DNA of 64,000 nt from Verrucomicrobiota bacterium (GCA_049510745.1 JBEKYR010000003.1:128001-192000), one strand, 5' to 3'; counted from the first letter of the stretch, positions 49,047 through 59,695 are shown. Notes: generated by a model from the sequence alone, not told the origin. Numbers and translations: made by a program.

Positions 49047-50600
49047 ATGGACCAGATTAAATTTTTCCGACGCAGGCAGTTTCTTCTCGCCCCCACGGAA
49101 TCCGCCTTTCCCGGCTGGCTTCGCTACGACGCGGGCCATGGCTATAAGCTCTTTGTTCATCCAGATTTGCCTGTCGTCCAGGTGGCCAATGCGGGCAATC
49201 GGTTGACGATGGCCGGATACTGCATCGATCCTCTGCGCCCGGAGATCCCCGAAGCGGCCCTTCTGGCCGGGATACTGGCCAAGACCTCGCAGTGGGCCGA
49301 TGTGCCGCCTCTCATCGAGGGATTAACCGGCCGCTTTGTGCTGATCTTTCAAATCCAGGCAAACACCTGGCTTTTCCACGATGCGGTGGCGATGCGCCAG
49401 GTCAACTACGCGCAGGACAAGATGGGGGAAACATGGTGCGCCTCACAAGCGGAGACCTTGGCCGAACGATTGGGGTTCGAATTGGATCCGGAGGTCATCA
49501 GCTTCAAGAACTTGCCTGTATTTACAGAAAACCGGGCCGAATTCTGGCTGCTCAATGACCGGACCCCGTACCGGGAAGTGCGCAATTTGCTCCCCAATCA
49601 CTTTTTGGACCTCTCCACCGGGTGCGCGCGCCGCTATTGGCCGGTGCCCGGCTGCATCAAGCCGCTATCCGTCAGTGAGAGCATCGAAGCCTGCACTCCC
49701 ATTTTAAAAAACTCAATCAAGGCGGCCGCCAACCGGTTTGATTTGAGGATGGGGTGTTCGGCGGGCATTGACAGCCGCAAGACCCTGGCCGCAACCAGGG
49801 GCATTAGCGACAAAATCTATTACTTCTCCCATGCGCCTGCCGAGACGGCCCTTGACGTCAACGACGTTCTGGTGCCGGCGCGGCTGTTGCCCAAACTGGG
49901 AATCGTCCACCACAACCTGGGATGGAAGCCCATGACGGACATCTTCAGAAAATACTTCGAAGCCAGCGCCACCTTCGCGCGGGAGAAGAAGGGGAACATA
50001 GCCCATGTCATCTTTGACTCGTTCGGACCCGAGGCCACGGTGTTGAACAGCAACATCAGCGAGGTGGCTCAGTGCATTTACTGGCTGCCCAAGAACGGGG
50101 TCAACGGCGAAAATCTCGCCATTTTGAGCGGCTTGAAGCATCCCTTCGCCATCACCGAGTTTCAAAAGTGGGTGGACGGCGCCCTTTCCCCGTGTCAAGC
50201 CGCCAATCTCGACATCCTGGCCCTGTTCTTTCTGGAACAGAGGATGGGGCGCTGGTGCATGGCCGCTTTTGCCGAATATGATATCGCCCACGAAACCTTC
50301 AATCCCTACAATAACAGGCACCTTCACTGCCTGATGCTCGGAGTGGACGAGCGTCATCGCCGGGACCGCCGCTGGGACGTTTCTCTTCAACACATCCGTT
50401 CCATGTGGCCCGAAGTGCTGCAACTGCCGATCAATCCCCAGGACCGGTTTGGCGCAAAAATCCAGCAGTTCCTCAGGAGATTTGTCGTTCATAAGATCGT
50501 TACCCCGTACGCGCCTTTTTACCAATACTTGCGCTTCGCCAAGCGGCGCCGGCGGTTCAGAAAGGCGCCGGCCTTCTCACCGGAAACCCGGCCTCTGTGA
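49047..50600 (+). CDS. Asparagine-synthase-like amidoligase
   Basis: GRFVL..., HDAVAMRQV and PP-loop SAGIDSR. No N-terminal Cys. Confidence 0.65.
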   Translation: MDQIKFFRRRQFLLAPTESAFPGWLRYDAGHGYKLFVHPDLPVVQVANAGNRLTMAGYCIDPLRPEIPEAALLAGILAKTSQWADVPPLIEGLTGRFVLIFQIQANTWLFHDAVAMRQVNYAQDKMGETWCASQAETLAERLGFELDPEVISFKNLPVFTENRAEFWLLNDRTPYREVRNLLPNHFLDLSTGCARRYWPVPGCIKPLSVSESIEACTPILKNSIKAAANRFDLRMGCSAGIDSRKTLAATRGISDKIYYFSHAPAETALDVNDVLVPARLLPKLGIVHHNLGWKPMTDIFRKYFEASATFAREKKGNIAHVIFDSFGPEATVLNSNISEVAQCIYWLPKNGVNGENLAILSGLKHPFAITEFQKWVDGALSPCQAANLDILALFFLEQRMGRWCMAAFAEYDIAHETFNPYNNRHLHCLMLGVDERHRRDRRWDVSLQHIRSMWPEVLQLPINPQDRFGAKIQQFLRRFVVHKIVTPYAPFYQYLRFAKRRRRFRKAPAFSPETRPL

Positions 50601-50615
50601 TCACGGCACAATCCT

Positions 50616-51311
50616 TTGACCTCTGAATCGTCAACCCCGTCGGATCGGCGCCTGGGCGGACTCCTGGTCCGCAGACCCAGGTGGGGACTGGCCGCGCGGA
50701 CAAAATGGTTGCTCCTGGCTGCTGTCCTGGGCTGTGTGTTTCTGGTCAGATTCGCTCTTTTTCCATTCCTTTCCATCACCAGTCCGGTGCATGCAGAGTA
50801 CCTTGTCGTGGAAGGCTGGGTTCCGGTTCCAGGCCTGAGAGTCGCGATTCAAACCCTGAAATCGGATGGCTACCGCAAGATTCTGACCGCCGGCTGTCTG
50901 GTCCGCGACGAATGGGAGCCGCAAGCCAAGGTGACCTATGCGGATTGGGCGGCCTCCAAGTTGCGCCGGCTGGGGCTTTCTCCGGATTTGGTGACGGCGG
51001 TCCCCTGCCTGGTCGAGAAAAAGGACAGAACGTTCTTTTCCGCGCTGGCGATCAAGAACTGGCTGCAAACGAACCAAATCGCGATTGACCGCCTCGACGT
51101 TCTGACCGTCGGGGCGCACGCCCGTCGAACGCGCCTGCTTTACGAGAGGGCCTTTGGGCCTGCCGTCAGAATTGGGATCATCGACGCGCCGGACCCGGAT
51201 TATGACTCCATGCATTGGTGGCGGTCCAGCGAGGGCGTTCGCGAAGTGTTGGGAGAGGGCATTGCCTACTTGTATGCGAGAATACTTTTCCACCCGGATT
51301 TATCCGCGTAA
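50616..51311 (+). CDS. YdcF/ElyC (DUF218) family protein
   Basis: N-terminal TM, LVVEGW, HARRT and WWRSSEG..EV..E. Start uncertain. Confidence 0.75.
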   Translation: MTSESSTPSDRRLGGLLVRRPRWGLAARTKWLLLAAVLGCVFLVRFALFPFLSITSPVHAEYLVVEGWVPVPGLRVAIQTLKSDGYRKILTAGCLVRDEWEPQAKVTYADWAASKLRRLGLSPDLVTAVPCLVEKKDRTFFSALAIKNWLQTNQIAIDRLDVLTVGAHARRTRLLYERAFGPAVRIGIIDAPDPDYDSMHWWRSSEGVREVLGEGIAYLYARILFHPDLSA

Positions 51312-51320
51312 ACTCTCGCG

Positions 51321-52610
51321 ATGAGCGTCGCCGCCATTCCCGGCCAGGACCCGGGCGCCAAGCCCGGCCAGGAGGCTTTGCGCCCGCCGGAGGCCGCCAA
51401 CCTGTGGAGCTCCATCCAGGCGTTTTTGCGCTGGCTGGATCAGAACGGTTACGAGAGCTACGATCCGTATGACATTTGGGGAACCCGCTACGGGCTTTTT
51501 TCGCGCCGGATATACTATGGCCATCGCCTGCTCGGCTCGCCGCTGATCGCGCCCATCCTCCTGATGGAGGTTCTTTGTCCGTCCCTGCGGCGCTGGCTGG
51601 TTGGCAAAGGGCGCTTTGCCACCGCCGACGCGCAATTGTTGCTCGGTTTTCTCAATCTTTACGAGGCGAAGGGCGGGAGCATTTTTTTGGAAAAGGCCCG
51701 GGCGCTCTCCCGCGACCTGCTGCAAATCAGCGTGCCCGGCTACAGTGGTTTCTGTTGGGGATACCCATTTGACTGGCAGCATAATCGCGGCCTCTGGAAA
51801 AAGAATCTCCCGTTCATTACCGCCACGCCCTATTGCTTTGAGGCGTTCTTGAGATTATTCGACCTGACTGCCGACCCGGCTTTCCTGACAATTGCCCGGT
51901 CCATCGCCCAGTTTGTGCATAAGGACCTCCGGGACACGCCCACTTCGCCAAACGCCGCGGCGGCAAGCTACTCGCCGGTCGATTCGAGCCAGGTTGTCAA
52001 CGCCAGCGCCTATCGCGCCATGGTCCTGTTCGAGGCGGCTGACCGATTCCAAATCGAAGACTACCGCCAGACGGCATCGCGAAATCTCAACTTCATCCTC
52101 CAGAATCAGAACCAGGACGGCTCATGGCTTTACGCGGTCGATCATGCCTCCGAAAGGTTTATCGATCACTTCCATACCTGCTTCGTGCTTAAGAATCTCG
52201 CCAAGATCAATCGGCGCTTGAAGAGCGCCGAGATCACCGGCGCCGTGGCCAGGGGCTACAAGTATTACCGCAGCGCCTTGTACGATTCATCTGGAATGCC
52301 GAAACAATTCGCCATCAGGCCCCGCACGCAAATTGTGCGATTTGAGCTGTACGATTTTGCGGAAGCCATCAGCCTCGGCTGCTGGCTGTGGCCGGAAATT
52401 CCGGAAGCCTTGGACGTGGCCCGCAGGCTGGCGGGCACGGTGCGGGACCGATTCCAGACCGCATCGGGGCATTTTCTGACGCGTGTGTATAAGGGCGGCC
52501 TCAAGCACAGGTTTCCCTATCTGCGGTGGCCGCAAGCCCAGCTTTTTTACGCCCTCACGAGTCTGACCTTGCTCAATGCCAAAACCGATTTCCCGCACAA
52601 CAGCCGGTGA
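51321..52610 (+). CDS. Conserved polysaccharide-cluster protein, probable (alpha/alpha)6 fold
   Basis: YDPYD, CWGYPFDW, QNQDGSW.Y, IDHFHT and YLRWPQA motifs. Confidence 0.65.
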   Translation: MSVAAIPGQDPGAKPGQEALRPPEAANLWSSIQAFLRWLDQNGYESYDPYDIWGTRYGLFSRRIYYGHRLLGSPLIAPILLMEVLCPSLRRWLVGKGRFATADAQLLLGFLNLYEAKGGSIFLEKARALSRDLLQISVPGYSGFCWGYPFDWQHNRGLWKKNLPFITATPYCFEAFLRLFDLTADPAFLTIARSIAQFVHKDLRDTPTSPNAAAASYSPVDSSQVVNASAYRAMVLFEAADRFQIEDYRQTASRNLNFILQNQNQDGSWLYAVDHASERFIDHFHTCFVLKNLAKINRRLKSAEITGAVARGYKYYRSALYDSSGMPKQFAIRPRTQIVRFELYDFAEAISLGCWLWPEIPEALDVARRLAGTVRDRFQTASGHFLTRVYKGGLKHRFPYLRWPQAQLFYALTSLTLLNAKTDFPHNSR

Positions 52611-53923
52611 TGAGCGAACAACGTATGAAAATAGCGATTATTGGCACAGGCTACGTCGGATTGGTTACCGGAACCTGCTTTGCCGAAGCCGGCTACCAGG
52701 TCACTTGTGTTGACAGCGATGACAGGAAGATCCGCCTGCTCAAGCAAGGCGGCATGCCGATTTACGAACCGGGCCTCAAGGAACTGGTCCAAAAAAATGC
52801 CGCGGCCGGCCGGCTCTCCTTCACTTCCAGCACACCCGAAGGCGTTGCCGTCTCCGATTTCATTTTCATCGCCGTCTCCACCCCTCCGCTGCCCGACGGC
52901 GCCGTCGATTTGAGCTTCGTCGAAAAAGTCTCCCGCGACATCGCCTCGACCATGACCGGCTATAAAATCATTGTTGACAAAAGCACCGTCCCCGTCAAGA
53001 CCGGGGAAAAAGTCGCTGAAACCATTCAGCGGCATTGCAGGGGAAAGATCGATTTCGACGTCGTCAGCAATCCCGAATTCCTCCGCGAAGGCTCGGCCGT
53101 GGCCGATTTCATGAAGCCCGACCGCGTCATCGTCGGCGTCTCCTCCCAACGGCCCGTTCAGGCGATGAAAGACCTCTACGCGCCCTTCAACGCGCCGGTC
53201 ATCGTCACCAATATAAAATCCGCCGAACTGATCAAACACGCGGCCAATTCGTTCCTCGCCCTCAAAATCTCCTACATCAACGCCATCTCCGCCCTCTGCG
53301 AGGCGGTCGGCGCCGACGTCGAGGAAGTCGCCAACGGCATGGGGATCGATCCCAGGATCGGGCGGCAGTATCTCAACGCCTCCCTCGGGTTCGGCGGAGG
53401 CTGCTTTCCCAAGGACCTCAGCGCTTTCATTCACACTTCCGAAGACCTTGGCCTTGATTTCGGCCTGCTCAAGGAAGTTCAACGCATCAACGCGCGCCAG
53501 ATGGACCGCTTCGTCAAGAAGATCATCGACACCCTCTGGGTCGTCGGCGGAAAGACCCTCGGCGTCCTTGGCCTGGCGTTCAAGCAAAACACCGATGACA
53601 TCCGCAACTCCCCCGCCATCGAATTGTGCCTGCGCTTGCAGAAGGAAGGCGCGGCCTTGCGCGTGCATGATCCCCAGGCGATGGAGAAGGCCAAGGCCGT
53701 TCTGCCGAACGCCGCGTTTGTGGCCGACATGAACGAGGTGGCCGACGGCTGCGACGCGCTGATCATTGCCACGGAATGGCCGCAGTTCAAACAACTGGAC
53801 CTGGAGCGGGCGCGCCGGGCGTTGACGCACCCGATCCTGTTCGACGGCCGGAACCTGTTCGACGCGGCGGAAATGGAGCGGATGGGCTTCCTCTACAAGT
53901 GCATTGGCCGCCAGAGCGTTTAA
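52610..53923 (+). CDS. ugd: UDP-glucose 6-dehydrogenase
   Basis: IGTGYVG, KSTVP, SNPEFLREG, GFGGGCFPKD and GLAFK motifs. Confidence 0.93.
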   Translation: MSEQRMKIAIIGTGYVGLVTGTCFAEAGYQVTCVDSDDRKIRLLKQGGMPIYEPGLKELVQKNAAAGRLSFTSSTPEGVAVSDFIFIAVSTPPLPDGAVDLSFVEKVSRDIASTMTGYKIIVDKSTVPVKTGEKVAETIQRHCRGKIDFDVVSNPEFLREGSAVADFMKPDRVIVGVSSQRPVQAMKDLYAPFNAPVIVTNIKSAELIKHAANSFLALKISYINAISALCEAVGADVEEVANGMGIDPRIGRQYLNASLGFGGGCFPKDLSAFIHTSEDLGLDFGLLKEVQRINARQMDRFVKKIIDTLWVVGGKTLGVLGLAFKQNTDDIRNSPAIELCLRLQKEGAALRVHDPQAMEKAKAVLPNAAFVADMNEVADGCDALIIATEWPQFKQLDLERARRALTHPILFDGRNLFDAAEMERMGFLYKCIGRQSV

Positions 53924-54019
53924 GGTCAGCCCATCTCCACCAGAGCATCGGATTGTGAAAATATGCGGAACTTCCTTGCTTGCGCTGTCCCCCTTCCATT
54001 TTAATCGTCTGGTACACGA

Positions 54020-55399
54020 ATGAAAAACGTCCTCCCAGTCTTTTGTGGTCGCGCTGCCGCCGCGGCGCTCTGGATATGCCTGGCTTGGGGTGCCGTGGCC
54101 CAACAGCCCGTGAACACCGATGCCCTGGTCAACCCGTATCCGGCGCCGGTGACGGTGACCAATCAATTCGGCCCGCCGCCCACCCCGCCGGTCCTCTCCG
54201 GCCCAACGACCCCCGGCACGGGCCAGGCCGGCGCTCCCTCCATGGGCACCAGCGCCCTGGCCGGTTCGTCCGCCTCCGTTTCCCGCAGCGAGATTACCGG
54301 CCCTCCCCTGGTTTCCTGGGGTCCCATTGGCGTTTATCCGCATCTGCTTTACCGCTTCACCTACGGCGACGGCGTCGCCGCCCTGCCGGGAGAGAACACG
54401 ACCACAGAGATAGAAACGGTGGCCCCGGGCCTTCTCTTGGCGCTGGGGAACCATTGGACGCTGGATTACACCCCAACCCTCGCTTTTTATTCCAGTCGCC
54501 TGTTCAAAGACACCGTTGATCAGGCGGTGCTTCTTCACGGCGCGACGACCAATGGAGATTGGGTCCTGGGCCTGGCCCAGAGCTACGTTTCCACAACTCA
54601 GCCGCTCGTCGAGACGGGCACTCAAACGGAGCAAGAGGGCTACGCCACCGCCTTCACGGCCGCCGGTCAACTGAGCGCCAAATTGTCTCTGGAATTGGGC
54701 TTGAATCAAATCTTCCGCTTCTCCCAATCGTATCCGTCCATGCATGAATGGTCCACGGCCGACTGGCTCAATTACCAGATCGAACCGCAGCTCGGCCTCG
54801 CTCTCGGACCCACCATCGGGTATGACGAACTGAGCGCCGGTTCCGATATGCCCTTCGAGCAGATCAGGGGCAGGGTTACTTTCAGATCGGGGACCAAGCT
54901 GCTGCTCTCCGTGGACGGCGGCGTGGAAGACCGGCAATTCATCCATCCCAGTTCTGCCGCGATGGTCACTCCGGTGTTTAACGCCTCCGCCTTTTACCAG
55001 ATTTTCGAGGGAACAGCGCTCTCGGTTTTAGGCAGCCGCGTCGTCACCCCATCCTTGTACGTCAACCAGGCGGTCGTCATTTCCACCGTCAGCGCCTCCC
55101 TCCGTCAACATCTGGTCAAAGAGATCTATCTTGAAATCGACGGAGGTTACACCACCGAGCCGTTTACCTCCATCGAACCGGGGCCGCTCCCGGAATTCTT
55201 CCTGGGCGCCCCTCCCCGCTCCACGCAGACAGTGGTGCGGACCGACACGACAGAATTTGGCAAAATCAGCTTGTCCACCACCTTCCGGAAGCGCCTGACT
55301 GGCTCGGTGTTTTACTACGCCAGCAAAAACGCCAGCAGCCAGGTCAACTTCTCTTACAAGAGCACCCAGACGGGCGTGGAACTGAGCTATCACTATTAA
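54020..55399 (+). CDS. Outer-membrane beta-barrel protein of an EPS cluster
   Basis: Signal peptide, amphipathic strands and terminal VELSYHY. Confidence 0.7.
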   Translation: MKNVLPVFCGRAAAAALWICLAWGAVAQQPVNTDALVNPYPAPVTVTNQFGPPPTPPVLSGPTTPGTGQAGAPSMGTSALAGSSASVSRSEITGPPLVSWGPIGVYPHLLYRFTYGDGVAALPGENTTTEIETVAPGLLLALGNHWTLDYTPTLAFYSSRLFKDTVDQAVLLHGATTNGDWVLGLAQSYVSTTQPLVETGTQTEQEGYATAFTAAGQLSAKLSLELGLNQIFRFSQSYPSMHEWSTADWLNYQIEPQLGLALGPTIGYDELSAGSDMPFEQIRGRVTFRSGTKLLLSVDGGVEDRQFIHPSSAAMVTPVFNASAFYQIFEGTALSVLGSRVVTPSLYVNQAVVISTVSASLRQHLVKEIYLEIDGGYTTEPFTSIEPGPLPEFFLGAPPRSTQTVVRTDTTEFGKISLSTTFRKRLTGSVFYYASKNASSQVNFSYKSTQTGVELSYHY

Positions 55400-55499
55400 T
55401 CCAAGAACGGTTGTTTCTGCAATCCCTCGCGGCGGGTTTTGCGTTGCTTCCCCTTGCGACGCATGATAAACGCACTCGAAAATTCAGAGTTTTTAAACT

Positions 55500-56786
55500 A
55501 TGAAAATTGCCATTGTCGGTCTCGGTTACGTCGGCCTCCCCTTGTCCCTTCAATTCGCCCGCTCGGACACCACCGTGCTGGGGTTGGACATCGACAAAGC
55601 CAAGGTCAAGTCGCTCATGGCCGGGCGCAGCTACATCAAACACATCGAATCCTCCGCCATTGCCGAGGCCGTCAAGTCGGGCCGATTTGCCGCCTCCACC
55701 GATTTCAGCCGGGTCAAGGAAGTCGAGGCGGTCATTATTTGCGTTCCCACTCCCCTGAACAAAAACCGGGAGCCGGATATTTCCTACATCCTCGAAACCG
55801 GCAAGAGCATCGCTCCCCATCTCCGCAAGGGTCTGTTGGTGGTGCTGGAATCAACCACTTATCCGGGAACGACCGACGAGGACCTGCGCCGGGTGCTGGA
55901 GGAAGGCTCCGGGTTGAAGGCCGGCTCCGATTTTCACCTCGCCTTTTCCCCGGAACGCGAAGACCCCGGCAATCCCAACAGCGTCGTGGCCTCCATCCCC
56001 AAAGTCATCGGCGGCCTCACCCCCGCCTGCCTGGAACGGGCCAAGGCCGTCTATGGGCGCGCCATCAAAACTTTGGTGCCCGTTTCCTCCTGCCGCGTCG
56101 CCGAAGCCACCAAGCTGACGGAAAACATTTTCCGCAGCGTCAACATCGCCTTGGTCAATGAACTCAAGGTGGTTTACACGGCCATGGGCATTGATGTCTG
56201 GGAAGTCATCAACGCCGCCAAAACCAAGCCCTTCGGCTTCATGCCCTTTTATCCAGGCCCCGGCCTGGGCGGCCACTGCATCCCTATTGATCCTTTTTAT
56301 CTCACCTGGAAGGCGCGGGAATATGTCCAGAATACACGCTTCATTGAATTGGCCGGCGAAATCAACTCAGCCATGCCGGAATACGTCGTCCAGCAGGTCG
56401 CGGCGGCGCTCAACGACCGGCGCAAGGCCCTCAACGGAGCCAAGGTCTTGGTGCTCGGTTTGGCCTACAAGGCCGATGTCGATGACGACCGCGAATCCCC
56501 CAGTTACGTCCTGATGACCTTGCTCAAGGAGCGCGGCGCCAGCGTCTCCTATTACGACTCCTATGTTCCGGTCATCAAATTGACCCGCGAACATCCCCAA
56601 TGGGCCGGCGTCAAATCTGTCCCTTGGAACGCCAAAACGATCAAGAGCTTTGACCTCGTCCTTATCGCCACCAAACATGCCAGCGTGGATTACGCGGCCC
56701 TCGCCGATTGGGCTTCTTGCATCGTCGATACCCGCAATGCCATGGCCGGCATCGCGACCAGGGAGGGCCAGGTGCGCAAGGCTTGA
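55500..56786 (+). CDS. UDP-HexNAc 6-dehydrogenase (WbpA/TviB-like)
   Basis: VGLGYVG, ESTTYPGTT, FSPEREDPGN and GGHCIPIDP motifs. Confidence 0.92.
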   Translation: MKIAIVGLGYVGLPLSLQFARSDTTVLGLDIDKAKVKSLMAGRSYIKHIESSAIAEAVKSGRFAASTDFSRVKEVEAVIICVPTPLNKNREPDISYILETGKSIAPHLRKGLLVVLESTTYPGTTDEDLRRVLEEGSGLKAGSDFHLAFSPEREDPGNPNSVVASIPKVIGGLTPACLERAKAVYGRAIKTLVPVSSCRVAEATKLTENIFRSVNIALVNELKVVYTAMGIDVWEVINAAKTKPFGFMPFYPGPGLGGHCIPIDPFYLTWKAREYVQNTRFIELAGEINSAMPEYVVQQVAAALNDRRKALNGAKVLVLGLAYKADVDDDRESPSYVLMTLLKERGASVSYYDSYVPVIKLTREHPQWAGVKSVPWNAKTIKSFDLVLIATKHASVDYAALADWASCIVDTRNAMAGIATREGQVRKA

Positions 56787-56802
56787 ATTCAACACCTCGT
56801 CA

Positions 56803-57861
56803 GTGAGCCAATTCACCCAACTCAAGAAGACCCTGGCCACCGCGCCCGCCACCTGGCTGGTCACGGGCGCCGCTGGTTTCATCGGCTCGAATCTAGCCGG
56901 GCAACTCTTGCTCCTGGAGCAACGGGTCGTCGCCTTGGACAACCTTTCGACGGGCAACCTCGACAACCTGGCCCAAGTCCGCCACAGCGTCGGCCCGGAA
57001 CGCTGGGCGAATTTCACCTGGATGCAGGGCGATATTCGGGACGCGGCCGTCTGCCGGCGTGCCGCGCGGGGTGTGGATTACGTCCTGCATCAGGCTGCTT
57101 TAGGCTCGGTGCCACGGTCATTGGAGAATCCCATCGAAACCAACGACAGCAACGTGAACGGCTTTGTCAATATGCTCTGGGCCGCCCACGAAAGCGGGGT
57201 GAAGCGGTTTGTCTTCGCTTCCAGCAGCTCCGTTTATGGCGACGACACGACGTTGCCGCAAGTCGAGCATAAAACCGGGCGCTGCCTCTCTCCCTACGCC
57301 GTTTCCAAGCGCGTCAATGAACTCTACGCCGGGGTCTTCGGGCGCTGCTACGGCATGGAGACCATCGCGCTGCGTTATTTCAATGTCTTCGGCCCGCGCC
57401 AGGACCCCAACGGCGCTTATGCCGCCGTCATCCCAAAGTGGATTGCCGCCATGATTCACAATGAACCCGTCCACATCAACGGCGACGGCTCGACCACGCG
57501 CGATTTTTGTTACGTCGCCAACGTCGTCCAGGCCAACCTGCTGGCGGCGGCCGTGCCGCGTCCCGAGGCCAGCGGCCAGGCCTTCAACATCGCCGTCGGC
57601 GGACAAACCACCTTGAACGCGCTCTGCGACATGCTCCGCCAGCGCCTGGCGCCGACCCACCCTCACCTGCGCGACTTCAAACCGCGCTACGGGGATTTTC
57701 GCCCCGGCGACATCCTTCATTCGCGGGCCGACATCAGCCAGGCCCGCCGCCTCCTGGGCTATGAGCCAACCCATAGCGTTGCCCAGGGCCTGGACGAAGC
57801 TTTGGATTGGTACGTCAAACATCTCTCCTCCCGGCCCGCCCCGGCCGGCGTCGTCTTATGA
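56803..57861 (+). CDS. UDP-GlcNAc(A) 4-epimerase (WbpP/TviC-like)
   Basis: WLVTGAAGFIG, HQAALGSVPRS, YAVSK and YFNVFGPRQDPNGAYAAVIP. Confidence 0.92.
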   Translation: MSQFTQLKKTLATAPATWLVTGAAGFIGSNLAGQLLLLEQRVVALDNLSTGNLDNLAQVRHSVGPERWANFTWMQGDIRDAAVCRRAARGVDYVLHQAALGSVPRSLENPIETNDSNVNGFVNMLWAAHESGVKRFVFASSSSVYGDDTTLPQVEHKTGRCLSPYAVSKRVNELYAGVFGRCYGMETIALRYFNVFGPRQDPNGAYAAVIPKWIAAMIHNEPVHINGDGSTTRDFCYVANVVQANLLAAAVPRPEASGQAFNIAVGGQTTLNALCDMLRQRLAPTHPHLRDFKPRYGDFRPGDILHSRADISQARRLLGYEPTHSVAQGLDEALDWYVKHLSSRPAPAGVVL

Positions 57862-58727
57862 AAGGCATCATTCTCGCAGGTGGAGCGGGTTCGCGCTTGT
57901 TCCCGCTGACTCTGGTTGCCAGCAAACAATTGCAGCCGGTTTTTGACAAGCCGATGATCTATTATCCGCTGACGACCCTGATTGAAAACGGCGTGCGCGA
58001 ATTGTGCCTCATCTCCACCCCGCGCGATCTGCCGCGCTTCCGTCAACTATTGGGAAACGGCGCTTCCTGGGGAATCTCCATCGACTACTGCGAGCAGGCC
58101 CGCCCCGCCGGCATCGCCCAGGCCTTCCTCATTGCCGAATCCTTCATCGCCGCGGACCCCGTCACCCTTATTTTGGGCGACAACATTTTCTACGGCGCCG
58201 ACAGCTTCAGGCGCGCGTTCGCGGAGTTCCGGGGCGGCGCTGCCATTTTTGGCTATCGCGTCCACGATCCCGAACGCTACGGTGTGGTCGAGTTCGACGA
58301 ATCGGGACGGGCTGTTTCCATCGAAGAGAAGCCCAAGGCGCCCCGCAGCAATCACGCCGTGCCGGGACTTTACCTTTACGACAACCAAGTGGTCGAGATC
58401 ACCCGCAACCTCCGTCCCTCGCCGCGGGGCGAACTGGAAATTACCGACGTGAACCTCGCTTATTTGCGGCGCGGCCAACTGCGGGTGCATCAATTGAGCC
58501 GGGGCTTCGCCTGGCTGGATGCCGGCACCAGCAGCAGCCTGCATGAGGCATCGGCCTACGTCCAAACCATCGAGAAGCGCCAGGGCATCAAGATCGGCTG
58601 CCCGGAGGAGGCGGCCTTCCGGAGCGGATTCATCAGCCGGCAGGATTTGGAGAAACTGGCCGCCCAGATGCCCAACTGCGAATACCGCGACTACCTCGGC
58701 CGCGTCCTGCTGGAGGCCGCCCGTTGA
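57858..58727 (+). CDS. rfbA: Glucose-1-phosphate thymidylyltransferase
   Basis: GIILAGG.GSRL.PLT...SKQL, DPERYGVVEFD, EEKP and RGFAWLDAGT. Confidence 0.95.
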   Translation: MKGIILAGGAGSRLFPLTLVASKQLQPVFDKPMIYYPLTTLIENGVRELCLISTPRDLPRFRQLLGNGASWGISIDYCEQARPAGIAQAFLIAESFIAADPVTLILGDNIFYGADSFRRAFAEFRGGAAIFGYRVHDPERYGVVEFDESGRAVSIEEKPKAPRSNHAVPGLYLYDNQVVEITRNLRPSPRGELEITDVNLAYLRRGQLRVHQLSRGFAWLDAGTSSSLHEASAYVQTIEKRQGIKIGCPEEAAFRSGFISRQDLEKLAAQMPNCEYRDYLGRVLLEAAR

Positions 58728-58728
58728 T

Positions 58729-59688
58729 ATGATCGTTCTCCTTGGAGCAACCGGTTACATCGGCGGCCAGTTCGAGACCGCCTTGCGCGGCGTTGGCTGG
58801 CCTTTTGTCGCGCCCTCCCGCTCCGAGGTGGATTACACCCGCTTCGACCTTCTGCGGGAGTTCCTGCGCCAAACCAAGCCGGAGTTCCTCATCAACGCCG
58901 CCGGCTACACCGGCAAGCCCAATGTGGACGCGTGCGAAAAAAACCAGGCGGACACTTTGCACGGCAACGCGCTCTTTCCCGCGGCCGTGGCCCATGCCTG
59001 CGCCAGTTTGGGCATTCCCTTCGGACATGTTTCCTCCGGCTGTATTTTTTCCGGCGCCAAAGTCGTGCTCGATGGCCAGGCGCGCGTGGAAAAGGATTTG
59101 AGCCAGCCGCGCCTCCAAGCCTTGCTCGCAAAGAACCCCGGCGCATTCCACGGTTACACCGAAGAGGATGAGCCGAATTTCACTTTTCGGCGGCCCCCGT
59201 GCAGTTTTTACAGCGGCACCAAGGCGCTGGGCGAGGAAGCCATCCAGGGCATGGGCCAAAATTATATTTGGCGCTTGCGCATTCCTTTCGACCATTTCGA
59301 CAGCTCGCGCAATTACCTGAGCAAGCTGCAGAATTACCCCAAGGTGTATCAAAACGTCAATTCGCTCTCGCATCGGGGCGACTTCGTGGCCGCCTGCCTG
59401 TTGCTGTGGCGGCGCCGGGCGCCCTTTGGCATTTACAACGTCACCAATCCGGGCTTTGTCACTTCCGCCCAGGTGGTGGAGATGATTCAAAAAATCCTCA
59501 AACCCAACCGCCCCTTCACTTTCTGGGCCAGCGACAAGGAGTTCTACCGCGTGGCCGCCAAAACGCCTCGCTCCAACTGCATTTTGGACGTTTCCAAACT
59601 GCTCGCGGCGGGCGTCCCCATGCGCCCGGTGGAGGAAGCGCTGGCGGAGGCGTTGCAGCTATGGAGGCCGCTGGCTGAAAAAACGTGA
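58729..59688 (+). CDS. RmlD-superfamily enzyme of the NRS/ER (3,5-epimerase/4-reductase) type
   Basis: GATGYIG, TGKPNVDACE, SSGCIF, EEDEPNF, FYSGTK and RNYLSK motifs. Confidence 0.8.
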   Translation: MIVLLGATGYIGGQFETALRGVGWPFVAPSRSEVDYTRFDLLREFLRQTKPEFLINAAGYTGKPNVDACEKNQADTLHGNALFPAAVAHACASLGIPFGHVSSGCIFSGAKVVLDGQARVEKDLSQPRLQALLAKNPGAFHGYTEEDEPNFTFRRPPCSFYSGTKALGEEAIQGMGQNYIWRLRIPFDHFDSSRNYLSKLQNYPKVYQNVNSLSHRGDFVAACLLLWRRRAPFGIYNVTNPGFVTSAQVVEMIQKILKPNRPFTFWASDKEFYRVAAKTPRSNCILDVSKLLAAGVPMRPVEEALAEALQLWRPLAEKT

Positions 59689-59695
59689 AAAAAAA

